Assembly (NCBI GenBank): GCA_022616315.1
Contig: JAKEEX010000143.1
Location: 1-44,303, forward strand
Direction: 5' to 3'
Source of the DNA: Myxococcaceae bacterium
GTDB lineage: Bacteria > Myxococcota > Myxococcia > Myxococcales > Myxococcaceae
Length of the DNA stretch: 44,303 nucleotides
Shown here: positions 7,959-16,365 of the stretch, piece by piece
Numbering within the stretch: position 1 is the stretch's first letter
Layout: each line of letters begins with the position of its first letter
The notes under the pieces: model-generated
Seen by the model: only the letters and a program-made list of their open reading frames with translations
Databases searched by the model: none
What the model was told of the DNA's origin: nothing
Position numbers and translations under genes: made by a program

Positions 7959-10781
7959 ATGGTTCCGCTCGAGCACCGACCGTCCAGGGACGGGAGGCGT
8001 GTGGCGACGTGCGGCACCGTCGCTCGCCTCCCGCAGCACCTGCGCCTCAGCGTCTGGGTGCTGCTGGCCCACCTCCTGCCCGCCCTCCCGGCAGGCGCCA
8101 CGGAGGAGCCCGCAGCGGGGCCCGGGCTCACCCCACCCACGCTGCTCGCGGACGCGCCCGCGGCCTATCCGCCGGAGCTGGCGGCCGACGGCGTGGCCGG
8201 CGAGGTGGTGCTCGAGGTGGTGGTGGACGCCGAGGGCGAGGTCGAGCTCGCCGAGGTGGTGCGGAGCAACCATCCCCTCTTCACCACCGCGGCGCTGCAC
8301 GCGGCCCCTCGCCTCCGCTTCATCCCGGCGCGGCTGGACGGGGCACCGGTGCCGGTGCGACTCGCCTTCACCTACCGCTTCGAGGCGCCTGCGCAGGTGG
8401 CCGCGCCGGCCCACCGGCCCACCGGCCGGCTCGTGGGGACGGTGAGGACGCGGGGCAACCGCAGGCCCGTCCCGGGCGCCCTGGTGCGCGTCGGAGGTGA
8501 GAACGGAGCCCCGGTCGAGACGGACGCCGAGGGCGGCTTCGCGCTCGAGCTGCCGGAGGGGACGCACACGCTGGAGGTGGTGGCCCAGGGCCACCTGGCG
8601 GCGCGCTTCGAGGAGGTGCTGCGCGCAGGTGAGCAGGTGGAGGTGGTGTACGGGCTGGAGCCGGCGCACCTGGCCGCCTACGAGACGGTGGTGCGCGGCA
8701 CGCGCGAGCGCACCGAGGTGAGCCGCGTGCGGCTCGCCGGCGTCGAGGCGCGCGAGGTGGCAGGCGCCATGGGGGACCCCTTCCGCGTGGTGATGCTGAT
8801 GCCGGGCGTCAGCAGCGTGATGTCCGGCCTGCCCTACCCCGTCGTGCGTGGCACCCAGCCGGCGGCCACCGGCTACTTCGTGGACGGGGTGCGCGTGCCC
8901 ATGCTGTTCCACTCGCTGCTCGGGCCGGCGGTGGTGCACCCGGACTTCCTCGACGGGTTGGACTTCATGCCCGGCACCGCGCCGGCGCGCTACGGCAGGC
9001 TCACGGGCGGCGTGGTCGAGGGACGGGTGAGCCGCCCGCAGGGGAAGGGCCTCCATGCCACGGGCTACGCGGACCTCGTCAACGCAGGCCTCTTCGCCTC
9101 CTACCCCTTCCGGGAGACCGGGACCTCCGCGAGCGCGGCCGGCCGCATCTCGTACACGCCCCTCCTCGCGATGGGCCTGGCGGAGGGCCTCACGCGCGGC
9201 GAGGGGCAGGTGGTGCTGGACTTCTACGACTATCAGGGGCGGGTGGGACAGAAGCTGGGTGCCGGTGAGCTGCAGCTCCTCGCCTTCGGCGCCTCGGACA
9301 CCGCGGGGGTGCGCGTGGACGAGGAGGGAGGCAGCACCGTCCTGCAGTCCACGCGCTTCCACAGGGTGGACCTCCGCCACCGCACGCCCCTGGGGCCGGG
9401 CACCCTGGAGGCTGGGCTCACCTGGGGAATGGACCAGGCCGTCACCGAGGGCCTCACCGAGACCGCGCTCGGTGCGCTGGGGCTCACCATGCAGGTGGGG
9501 CAGATGTCCGTGGTGGGGAGGCTGGGCTACGCGTTGCCGCTCGCGGAGGGTGTCACGCTCTCCGTCGGCGCGGACCTGGACCGCCGCACGGCGGAGGCCG
9601 GGGTGGTGCGGCGTGAGCTGGAGCCTCAGCCCGCCAACCTGAATCGCGTGCCCAAGGTGCGCGAGGTCCGGGAGGTGCAGCCGCTCGCGGAGGTCCTCTT
9701 CTCCGGCGCGTGGACGGAGCTCTCGCACTCGGCGTGGGACGGCTGGACTCTCACGCCCGGGCTGCGCGTGGACGGCTACCGTCTGCTCGCGGGCAGCATG
9801 TTCTTCGCGGTGGAGCCGCGCCTGGCGGTGCGCAGGCGCCTGGGGGACGCGTTCACGTTGAAGGGTGGCGCGGGCCTGTACCACCAGCCCCCGACCACCC
9901 TCATCCAGCTGCCGGTGCTGGACCTCGCGGGCCTGTCCTCGGGACTGCAGGAGTCCTGGCAGGGAGCCCTGGGCGCGGAGTGGCACGTGCTTCGCGGGCT
10001 GGAGGTCAGCGCGGACGTCTACCTCAACCGGCTCACGCGCACGGTGGAGTTCGACCCGCTGGCCGAGCGGACGCCGCTGGCTCCAGAGGGGGGCGCCAGC
10101 GCGGAGGAGCCCCTGCGCGAGCAGCTCCCGAGCGCTGCGGACAGCCCGGCGGGGGACGGCTGGTCGTACGGCCTGGAGCTGATGGTGCGCCACCCGCTCG
10201 GAGACAACTGGTTCGGCTGGGTGAGCTACACGCTGTCGCGCAGCATGCGTCGGGAGACGTTCCCGCGCTACGACGCCGCTGGCCACGTCGTGAGTGAGGA
10301 CCGGCGGGAGGTTCCGTTCACGTACGACCAGACGCACGTGCTCAACCTGGCGCTCAGCTTCCAGCTTCCGGGCAGCGTCACCGCGGGAACGACGGTGCAC
10401 TTCAACACGGGGAGGCCCGAGTTCGGCACCATGGGCGCCTCGCGGCAGGCGCACACGCTGGAGCCGGACGACTTCGGCGGCAGCTGGAGGCCGGTGGACC
10501 GGGACCGTGTGGGCCGCCTGCCCTACTTCGTGCGTATGGACCTGCGGGTGGCGAAGGCGTTCGCGTTCGACGAGTTCGCGCTCGAGGCGTACCTGGACTT
10601 CCTCAACGTCACCTTCAGCCGCGAGGTGACGGGGTTCAACTACACGTACGAATCGGGGCCCGTGGCCCTGCCCGGCACGCCGGCACCGGTGGACCTGCGC
10701 CCGTTCCTCGGTGCCCCGCGGAAAGAGGCCATCAGCATCCCGCTCGTGCTGCCGCTGCTGGGTGTGAAGGGGAGCTACTAG
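7959..10781 (+). CDS. TonB-dependent-receptor-like outer-membrane protein with N-terminal TonB C-terminal-like domain and carboxypeptidase-regulatory-like domain
   Basis: TonB_C-like segment: YPPELAADGVAGEVVLEVVVDAEGEVELAEVVRSNHPLFTTAALHAAPRLRFIPARLDGAPVPVRLAFTYRF. CarboxypepD_reg-like segment: GRLVGTVRTRGNRRPVPGALVRV...TDAEGGFALELPEGTHTLEV. Plug-like segment: GDPFRVVMLMPGVSS...VVRGTQPAATGYFVDGVRVP. A long beta-rich C-terminus ends in an aromatic residue (GVKGSY). The start is uncertain (TTG 7908, ATG 7959 or a later GTG). Confidence 0.75.
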   Translation: MVPLEHRPSRDGRRVATCGTVARLPQHLRLSVWVLLAHLLPALPAGATEEPAAGPGLTPPTLLADAPAAYPPELAADGVAGEVVLEVVVDAEGEVELAEVVRSNHPLFTTAALHAAPRLRFIPARLDGAPVPVRLAFTYRFEAPAQVAAPAHRPTGRLVGTVRTRGNRRPVPGALVRVGGENGAPVETDAEGGFALELPEGTHTLEVVAQGHLAARFEEVLRAGEQVEVVYGLEPAHLAAYETVVRGTRERTEVSRVRLAGVEAREVAGAMGDPFRVVMLMPGVSSVMSGLPYPVVRGTQPAATGYFVDGVRVPMLFHSLLGPAVVHPDFLDGLDFMPGTAPARYGRLTGGVVEGRVSRPQGKGLHATGYADLVNAGLFASYPFRETGTSASAAGRISYTPLLAMGLAEGLTRGEGQVVLDFYDYQGRVGQKLGAGELQLLAFGASDTAGVRVDEEGGSTVLQSTRFHRVDLRHRTPLGPGTLEAGLTWGMDQAVTEGLTETALGALGLTMQVGQMSVVGRLGYALPLAEGVTLSVGADLDRRTAEAGVVRRELEPQPANLNRVPKVREVREVQPLAEVLFSGAWTELSHSAWDGWTLTPGLRVDGYRLLAGSMFFAVEPRLAVRRRLGDAFTLKGGAGLYHQPPTTLIQLPVLDLAGLSSGLQESWQGALGAEWHVLRGLEVSADVYLNRLTRTVEFDPLAERTPLAPEGGASAEEPLREQLPSAADSPAGDGWSYGLELMVRHPLGDNWFGWVSYTLSRSMRRETFPRYDAAGHVVSEDRREVPFTYDQTHVLNLALSFQLPGSVTAGTTVHFNTGRPEFGTMGASRQAHTLEPDDFGGSWRPVDRDRVGRLPYFVRMDLRVAKAFAFDEFALEAYLDFLNVTFSREVTGFNYTYESGPVALPGTPAPVDLRPFLGAPRKEAISIPLVLPLLGVKGSY

Positions 10782-12106
10782 CGCAACGGATTGATGTGCT
10801 GTGTGAGCACTGAGTTCGTCAATGCACGCCCGCAGACGACGAGCAGCACGACCCCCATCAGGACCCACGGCAGCAGCTGTGCACGCGCGTCGAGGAATCG
10901 CCCGAGTCGTGGCCAGCGCCGCAGCGCCTCCTGCGCCGCGGGAATGGCCAGCCACGGGTAGACGGGGAACACGTACCGCGCTGCCCTCCGCGTCATGAGA
11001 GAGACGCCGAGCACCGCTGCTCCGCCCGCGAGCATCACGAGGCGCAGGCCCGTGCTCGCGGTGATGCGCTGACGCACAACCCCCTCACCCTGTCCCTCTC
11101 CCAGAGGGAGAGGGGAAGTTGGAGGGGAATCTGGAAGAGAGCTCGGATGGGAGGTGAGGGGGCGTGAGGGACGCACCAGCGCGACCAGCAGGAGGAGTGA
11201 CCCTGGAAGCGCGAAGTAGAGGAGATTGGCCGCGTAGTACGCCGGAGTGAGCAGCTTCTGCCAGAGGCCCGTCTCCTCGGCGCGCTCCACGTAGGAGAGC
11301 TGTGCGCCCACGTAGCCCGCGAAGAAGCTTTCACCCGTGTGTGCTGCGTACGCCAGCTCGTACAGGGCGGCGGTGAGCCCCACGGCCACGAGTGCCGCGA
11401 CGAAGAGCCACACCTCGCGCCATCTCGGGCGTTCTGCGAGCCACAGCGCGAACGCCGCGGGGAACAGGAGGAGCCCCAGGACACCCTTGACCGCGAACGC
11501 GGCCACCGCCCACGCCACGAAGCCCACGGAGAAACGCAGGGCCTCGCGGCGCCGCAGGAAGCACAGCAAGGCCGCGGTGGTGCACAGCGCCCACGCATTC
11601 TCATGGTTCCCGCGCGCCACGTACTGGATGCCGAGCGGTGACACCGCGTACAGGAACACCGCGCCCCACGCGGCCGCCTCACCGGCCAGGTGGCGCGCCA
11701 ATCGGAACAGCGCCCATAGCGCACCCAGGTGGAACGCGAGGTTGGCCAGAAGCATGCCGCGCGTGAAACCCAGCCGCCCCAGCGCCGCCGCGGGCCAGAA
11801 GAAGATGGCCAGGTGCTCCTGGAAGAGGCCCTGCTTCCAGCGCCCCGGCTGCCAGTGCGGCGCCAACCACTCGGCGAGCGGACGCGGCTCGAGGGTGCGG
11901 ACGATGTACTCGTAGAGCGTGGAGTCAGGGTCGCGCAGCGTGAAGCCCGTGCCGGCCAGGATGGCGTACGATACCATCAGCGTGGTGAGCCATCCCACGG
12001 CGAGAACCGCGCGTGAGGAGGACGACAGCAGACGTGGACGGGCTCGCGCCGTCTGCACGGTGACGTCGTCCACGGAGACGGTTCCCGAGGAGTGGTCGGG
12101 CGTCAT
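10778..12106 (-). CDS. GT-C fold membrane glycosyltransferase (GT39/GT83, ArnT/PMT-like)
   Basis: About 11 hydrophobic segments by eye. The first extracytoplasmic loop has the acidic motif LRDPDSTLYEYI, typical of ArnT/PMT-like enzymes. Its ATG at 12106 overlaps the upstream GT2 stop (ATGA). It carries an in-frame copy of the palindromic repeat. Confidence 0.65.
   Translation of the reverse strand: MTPDHSSGTVSVDDVTVQTARARPRLLSSSSRAVLAVGWLTTLMVSYAILAGTGFTLRDPDSTLYEYIVRTLEPRPLAEWLAPHWQPGRWKQGLFQEHLAIFFWPAAALGRLGFTRGMLLANLAFHLGALWALFRLARHLAGEAAAWGAVFLYAVSPLGIQYVARGNHENAWALCTTAALLCFLRRREALRFSVGFVAWAVAAFAVKGVLGLLLFPAAFALWLAERPRWREVWLFVAALVAVGLTAALYELAYAAHTGESFFAGYVGAQLSYVERAEETGLWQKLLTPAYYAANLLYFALPGSLLLLVALVRPSRPLTSHPSSLPDSPPTSPLPLGEGQGEGVVRQRITASTGLRLVMLAGGAAVLGVSLMTRRAARYVFPVYPWLAIPAAQEALRRWPRLGRFLDARAQLLPWVLMGVVLLVVCGRALTNSVLTQHINPLR
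11082..11116. repeat. Palindromic repeat copy B, inside the GT-C gene and in frame
   Basis: The 35 nt are identical to copy A (1628..1662). Read on the minus strand, it encodes SPLPLGEGQGEGV within the 10778..12106 product. Confidence 0.9.
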
Positions 12107-12930
12107 GCGGACGCTTCACCTGGCACGCGCGCACGCTCGGTTGCCGGCGCTCCCGAGCCCAGCTCCCACAGCAGCGCGTACTTTGCGAACGCGTGGAAGG
12201 CCAGAGCGGAGGCGACCGTCAGCCCTCCCATGCCGAAACGGAACAACCGTTTCGCGACATAGAACTTGAGGAACGCGCCGGCGGTGTGGAGGCACGCGCG
12301 GAGCATGGACGCACGGCGCCCGCGTGCGTGGAAGTGCCGGGCGCTGCTCTGGGCGTAGACGAGCTGCTTGCGGAGCAGGTGCGACACGGAGTCGTACGAG
12401 CGGTGATGCAGCCCGTGCGTGAGCCGGCCTGCCTTTCCCTCGTGGATGGCCGGAACGTGCACCCACTGCGAGTCCGCCCAGCGCACGCGGCCCTTCCGGA
12501 GCAGGCGCTTCTGCGAGGTCCAGAAGAACACCGGCCGCTCCCAGTGGTCCGGGAGCACGTTCTTCTGGGGGACGTGGTAGGCGTCGTGCCGGGCCCCGCG
12601 GCGCAAAACGTCGCGGACCTCCTCGCCCAGTCCGGGCATCGCCCTCTCGTCGGCGTCCACGATGAGGATCCACTCTCCACGCGTCGCCTCGGCGAGCGCC
12701 CGACGGTGCGAGGCGAACGTGTCGAGCTTCCGCTGGAAGGCCCGGACCTGCCCGCCCCGGGACTGCAGGTACTCCCATGTCCCGTCGGTGGAGAAGTCGT
12801 CCACGACGACGATCTCATCGCAGAAGTCGAGCGAGTCGAGGCATGCCTCCAGCGTGCCCATGCTGTCCTTCGTCATCACCGCCGCGCTGAGCAGGATGGC
12901 CGTGCTGCCGGTCGAGTCCATTGCGAGCAC
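12103..12930 (-). CDS. Family 2 glycosyltransferase (GT-A)
   Basis: The N-terminal Rossmann-like segment LSAAVMTKDSMGTLEACLDSLDFCDEIVVVDDFSTDGTWEYL and the acidic motif LIVDADE are typical of GT2. The start is ambiguous (GTG 12930 or ATG 12921). The stop overlaps the next gene's start. Confidence 0.8.
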   Translation of the reverse strand: MLAMDSTGSTAILLSAAVMTKDSMGTLEACLDSLDFCDEIVVVDDFSTDGTWEYLQSRGGQVRAFQRKLDTFASHRRALAEATRGEWILIVDADERAMPGLGEEVRDVLRRGARHDAYHVPQKNVLPDHWERPVFFWTSQKRLLRKGRVRWADSQWVHVPAIHEGKAGRLTHGLHHRSYDSVSHLLRKQLVYAQSSARHFHARGRRASMLRACLHTAGAFLKFYVAKRLFRFGMGGLTVASALAFHAFAKYALLWELGSGAPATERARVPGEASA

Positions 12931-13002
12931 TCTACCGCGGGGGCTGCGCCCTCCGGCCGGGCAAGTACACCAAGCGGAGGAGCGCGCGGAGGCTGCCTGC
13001 TC

Positions 13003-14643
13003 TCACAGCCAGCTTTCCACCTTGCGTCCCAAGTCCGCCAGCGCTGACTCCGCCGCCCTGACTCCAAAGTGGTTGGCCTCCTCGAAGAGGGCAATCCCCC
13101 CGAGGTCCGTGTGGGCGAAGTGCACGGCCCCCACGGACGCTTGCGCCGCTCGCCGTGCCTCACCCCACAGGAGGCCCGGGGTGGGCCTCACCATGGCGTG
13201 CCCCCAGCGCATGACCTCGAGGCGCTCCGCGGTGTGCGCGAGCTCCGGGTGCGGCCGCAGGAGGTCCGCCATCACCAGCGCTTCCCACTCCTCGTAGCCT
13301 GCCGACAGCATGCGCGTGCGCCCGGCCCGTGGGTCCGTGTCCGCGAAGGGGTAGTACCAGGTGAGGACACACGTCCCATTGCGCGCCTGCCGCTCCTCCT
13401 GATGGCCCGCCACCACGTAGCCGAGGCTTCGGCTCTCGTGGAGGACGTTGTCCCACGCGAGGGGGAAGCCGCGTCCCTGCGGCGGTGCGGAGACGGTGAG
13501 GTTGGCCACGACCCAGGGTGCGTAGGTGAATGCCGAGAGCCACGCGGGCGGCGCCTTCCGCCAGGGGGCCAGCACACGGGCGGCCACGAAGCGCGGCCCG
13601 CAGAACACCACCTGGCGCGCCATGAGCCCCACCGGCGCGCCCGTCGCAGTGTCCACCGCGTGCACGCGGCAACCGCCGTCCATGGGTTCGAGCGTGTGGA
13701 CGAGCGTGGAGCGCAGCCACTGGCGTGGAGTCACGCTGCGCGCGAGCTGTGCCACGAGCCGTGCGTTGCCCTCGGGCCAGGAGAGGTAGCCCTCCGCGCG
13801 ACCGCCCGCGCCTTCCTGCCGCGCGGCGAAGTACCAGACTCCGGCCCAGGCGCTCGTCGATTCCGGCGTCGTGCCGAAGTCGTCGCGGCAGGCGTAGTCC
13901 ACGAGCCACTGGAGACGGCGGCTGGTGAAGCCCGCCTGTGCCATCCACTGCGCCATCGTCAGCAGGTCGAGCGCCGTCCACTCCCCGTCGTCGCTGGAAT
14001 GGGCGACCGGCACCGCGAAGGCCTTGCGTCCACGTGCGTCCCTGGCGGCGGCGAAGGCGGCCATGCGCGACTCGAAGCGTGCGAGCTGCGCGAGGTCCTC
14101 CGCGCTTGCACCTGCGCGGAGGTAGAGCCCTTCGTACCAGGCGCCCTTGAAGAACAGGCGTTCCTCGGGCTCTGAGATGAGGACGTGCTCGGCGAAGTGC
14201 GGTCGGCCTCGCGCGTCCACGCCTTCGACTGCGCCCAGCTCGTGGAGGAGGCGCATCACCGGGCCGGTGTCGTGGAGAGGGGTCGGAAGGTAATGCGCGC
14301 CCCAGGGGAAGGCGCCCACGTGGTTGCGACCTCCGCGCGCGGTGCCGCCTTCGTGTGCTTCGAGCTCGCACACGACGACGTCCTGAACTCCGGCCGCAGC
14401 GAGACGCCAGGCCGCGGAGAGCCCTGCGACGCCTGCGCCGACGATGGCGACGTCCACGGAGCGGAAGGGGCCTGTGTGCAGCGGGAGGCTGCCTTCGCGG
14501 AGCGCGTGCCCTGCGTGGACCGCGCGGTCCACGATGGCGCCGGGGACGGGGGAACGCGGCTGAGTGTCCTTGCACGCGGACTGGGCCACAGCCGCTCCGA
14601 GCACGCTTGCGATGAGCTCTCGGCGGGTGAGGCTCAGTTCCAC
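13003..14643 (-). CDS. Tat-signal FAD-dependent oxidoreductase, flavin amine-oxidase-like
   Basis: Proposed GTG at 14643 gives VELSLTRRELIASVLGAAVAQSAC, a twin-arginine-type signal with a possible lipidated Cys. The dinucleotide fold is VDVAIVGAGVAGLSAAWRLAAAG...VVCELEAHEGGTARGG. The listed ORF start at 14913 would overlap the upstream gene by 280 nt and was rejected. Confidence 0.75.
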   Translation of the reverse strand: MELSLTRRELIASVLGAAVAQSACKDTQPRSPVPGAIVDRAVHAGHALREGSLPLHTGPFRSVDVAIVGAGVAGLSAAWRLAAAGVQDVVVCELEAHEGGTARGGRNHVGAFPWGAHYLPTPLHDTGPVMRLLHELGAVEGVDARGRPHFAEHVLISEPEERLFFKGAWYEGLYLRAGASAEDLAQLARFESRMAAFAAARDARGRKAFAVPVAHSSDDGEWTALDLLTMAQWMAQAGFTSRRLQWLVDYACRDDFGTTPESTSAWAGVWYFAARQEGAGGRAEGYLSWPEGNARLVAQLARSVTPRQWLRSTLVHTLEPMDGGCRVHAVDTATGAPVGLMARQVVFCGPRFVAARVLAPWRKAPPAWLSAFTYAPWVVANLTVSAPPQGRGFPLAWDNVLHESRSLGYVVAGHQEERQARNGTCVLTWYYPFADTDPRAGRTRMLSAGYEEWEALVMADLLRPHPELAHTAERLEVMRWGHAMVRPTPGLLWGEARRAAQASVGAVHFAHTDLGGIALFEEANHFGVRAAESALADLGRKVESWL

Positions 14644-16130
14644 CGTCGCCACTCTTCCTCGTAGTAGTGCACCAGCACCTGGTTGTTGAGGCGGTTTACC
14701 TCCGCGGGGAGCGGCGACATATCCGCCGGGAAGAGCGTGAGCGTGGGGAGCAGCTCGCGCGAGAGGAAACGCAAGCCCTGTGGCAGCTCGCGCACGTGTG
14801 GGCGCTCCGTGTGGGCCGCGAGGATGAAGCCCCACTCGCCGAACGAAGGCACCAGCGCGTGGTAGGGCTCGGTCCAGAAGCCGGCTGCCTTCAACGTCGT
14901 GTCCACGCACCAATAGGAGCGGCGCGCAAACAGCGGCGAGGTGCTCTGGATGACGGCCACACCGTCTGGCGCGAGCCGCTTCTTGAGCAGCCCGTAGAAG
15001 CGCGTGGTGTAGAGCTTCCCGAGCGAGAAGTTGTTCGGGTCCGGGAAGTCCACCAGCACCACGTCGTACAGCCCCGTGTCCTCCGCGAGGAAGCGCAGCG
15101 CATCCTCGTTGCGCACCTCCACCCGCGCGTCCTTCAGGGAGTCACCGTTGAGCTCCGCGAGCTCCACATACCCCGTGGCCAGGGACGTGATGGCCGCATC
15201 CAGGTCCACCAGCGTCACCCGCTCCACCTCCGGGTAGCGCAGGGCCTCGCGCACCGCGAGCCCGTCCCCTCCCCCCAGCACCAGCACCCGCCGCACGCTC
15301 CCCGCGCGGAGGAAGGCCGGGTGCACCAGCGCCTCGTGGTAGCGATATTCGTCCACGCTGGTGAACTGCAGGTTGCCGTTGAGGAAGAGGCTGAAGCCGC
15401 GCGCCCCGCGCGTCATGACGATGCGCTGGTACGGCGAGGAGCGCGCGAAGACCACTTCGTCCGGGTACACCCCTTCCTCGCTCCAGGCCGTCATCCTGTC
15501 CGCGTAGCCGAAGCCCACGAGCAGCACCGCCACCACCACCACCGCCTTCACCCGCAGCCGCTCCACCGCAGGAAGCACCGGAGCGAGAAGCCACGTGCTC
15601 CACAGCCCCACCGCCGCGTTGAGGAGGCCGAAGAGCAGTGACGTGCGCACGAGGCCCAGGCGCGGCACCAGCAGGAGCGGAAACAGGAGGCTCGCCGCAA
15701 GCGCGCCCAGGTAGTCGAACGTCAGCACCTGGCTGACCAGCTCCTTGAAGCGCACCTGGTCCTTGAGGATGCGCAGGAGCAGGGGAATCTCGAGGCCCAC
15801 CAGCGTGCCCACGACGAGCACGCTTCCGTAGAGCACCACGCGGAAGGCATCGGTGAACGTGAAGGAGGCGAAGAGGAGCGGCGCGCACCCACCGCCCACC
15901 AACGCCACCGCCAGCTCCACCTCCACGAAGCGCTGGGCCAGCCCCCGCTCCACGAAGCGGCTCAGCCAGCTGCCCACCCCCATCGCGAAGAGGTAGACGC
16001 CGATGACGGTGGAGAACTGGGTGACGCTGTCCCCGAGGAGGTAGCTCGCGAGCGTGCTGGCGATGAGCTCGTAGACGAGCCCGCACGTGGCGATGACCAG
16101 GACGGAGACGAAGAGCAGGGAGCGGTTCAT
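14634..16130 (-). CDS. Membrane-fused polyamine aminopropyltransferase (spermidine synthase-like): 7 TM N-terminal domain plus SpeE-like catalytic domain
   Basis: ATG at 16130. Seven hydrophobic segments by eye in the first ~210 aa. These are followed by YQRIVMT...LFLNGNLQFTSVDEYRYHEALVHP, VLVLGGGDGLAVREAL, VTLVDLD and VVLVDFPDPNN, which match the SpeE family SAM/dcSAM and polyamine-site motifs. Confidence 0.85.
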   Translation of the reverse strand: MNRSLLFVSVLVIATCGLVYELIASTLASYLLGDSVTQFSTVIGVYLFAMGVGSWLSRFVERGLAQRFVEVELAVALVGGGCAPLLFASFTFTDAFRVVLYGSVLVVGTLVGLEIPLLLRILKDQVRFKELVSQVLTFDYLGALAASLLFPLLLVPRLGLVRTSLLFGLLNAAVGLWSTWLLAPVLPAVERLRVKAVVVVAVLLVGFGYADRMTAWSEEGVYPDEVVFARSSPYQRIVMTRGARGFSLFLNGNLQFTSVDEYRYHEALVHPAFLRAGSVRRVLVLGGGDGLAVREALRYPEVERVTLVDLDAAITSLATGYVELAELNGDSLKDARVEVRNEDALRFLAEDTGLYDVVLVDFPDPNNFSLGKLYTTRFYGLLKKRLAPDGVAVIQSTSPLFARRSYWCVDTTLKAAGFWTEPYHALVPSFGEWGFILAAHTERPHVRELPQGLRFLSRELLPTLTLFPADMSPLPAEVNRLNNQVLVHYYEEEWRRWN

Positions 16131-16146
16131 TTCACGGAGCGGAGAG

Positions 16147-16365
16147 TCAGGCGCCCACGGCGGCGGCGATGATGACCGCGAGCCCGAGGATGAAGCTGGC
16201 GATGACCACTGCCACCGCGACGTTCTGGTCCGCCTCGAGCTCCTTGTGGATGTCGAACGGAAGCAACTTGCGGATGACCCACAGGCCCACCGTGAACGAC
16301 AGGAGCCCCACCGCCGCGTAGGCGATGGAGTAGAGCACCCCTTCCCAGCTGAGGACCGCGAGCAT
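16147..16365 (-). CDS. DUF350-family small membrane protein (YjfL-like)
   Basis: ATG at 16365 with GGAGG 7 nt upstream. The product is 72 aa with two TM segments: MLAVLSWEGVLYSIAYAAVGLLSFTVGLWVIRKLLPFDIHKELEADQNVAVAVVIASFILGLAVIIAAAVGA, which is the DUF350 pattern. The longer listed ORF (to 16563) has an Arg-rich, non-coding-like N-terminus. Confidence 0.8.
   Translation of the reverse strand: MLAVLSWEGVLYSIAYAAVGLLSFTVGLWVIRKLLPFDIHKELEADQNVAVAVVIASFILGLAVIIAAAVGA

Noticed and set aside
7953-10955. 1000-aa minus-strand ORF.
   Set aside because: It is antisense to the TonB-dependent-receptor-like gene. It also runs through the 3' end of the GT-C gene in a different frame. It has no motifs and a shadow-frame composition.
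14644-14913. N-terminal 90 codons of the listed ORF 13003..14913.
   Set aside because: It would overlap the 3' end of the spermidine-synthase-like gene by 280 nt. The twin-arginine signal begins right after GTG 14643, which gives a normal signal-peptide position.
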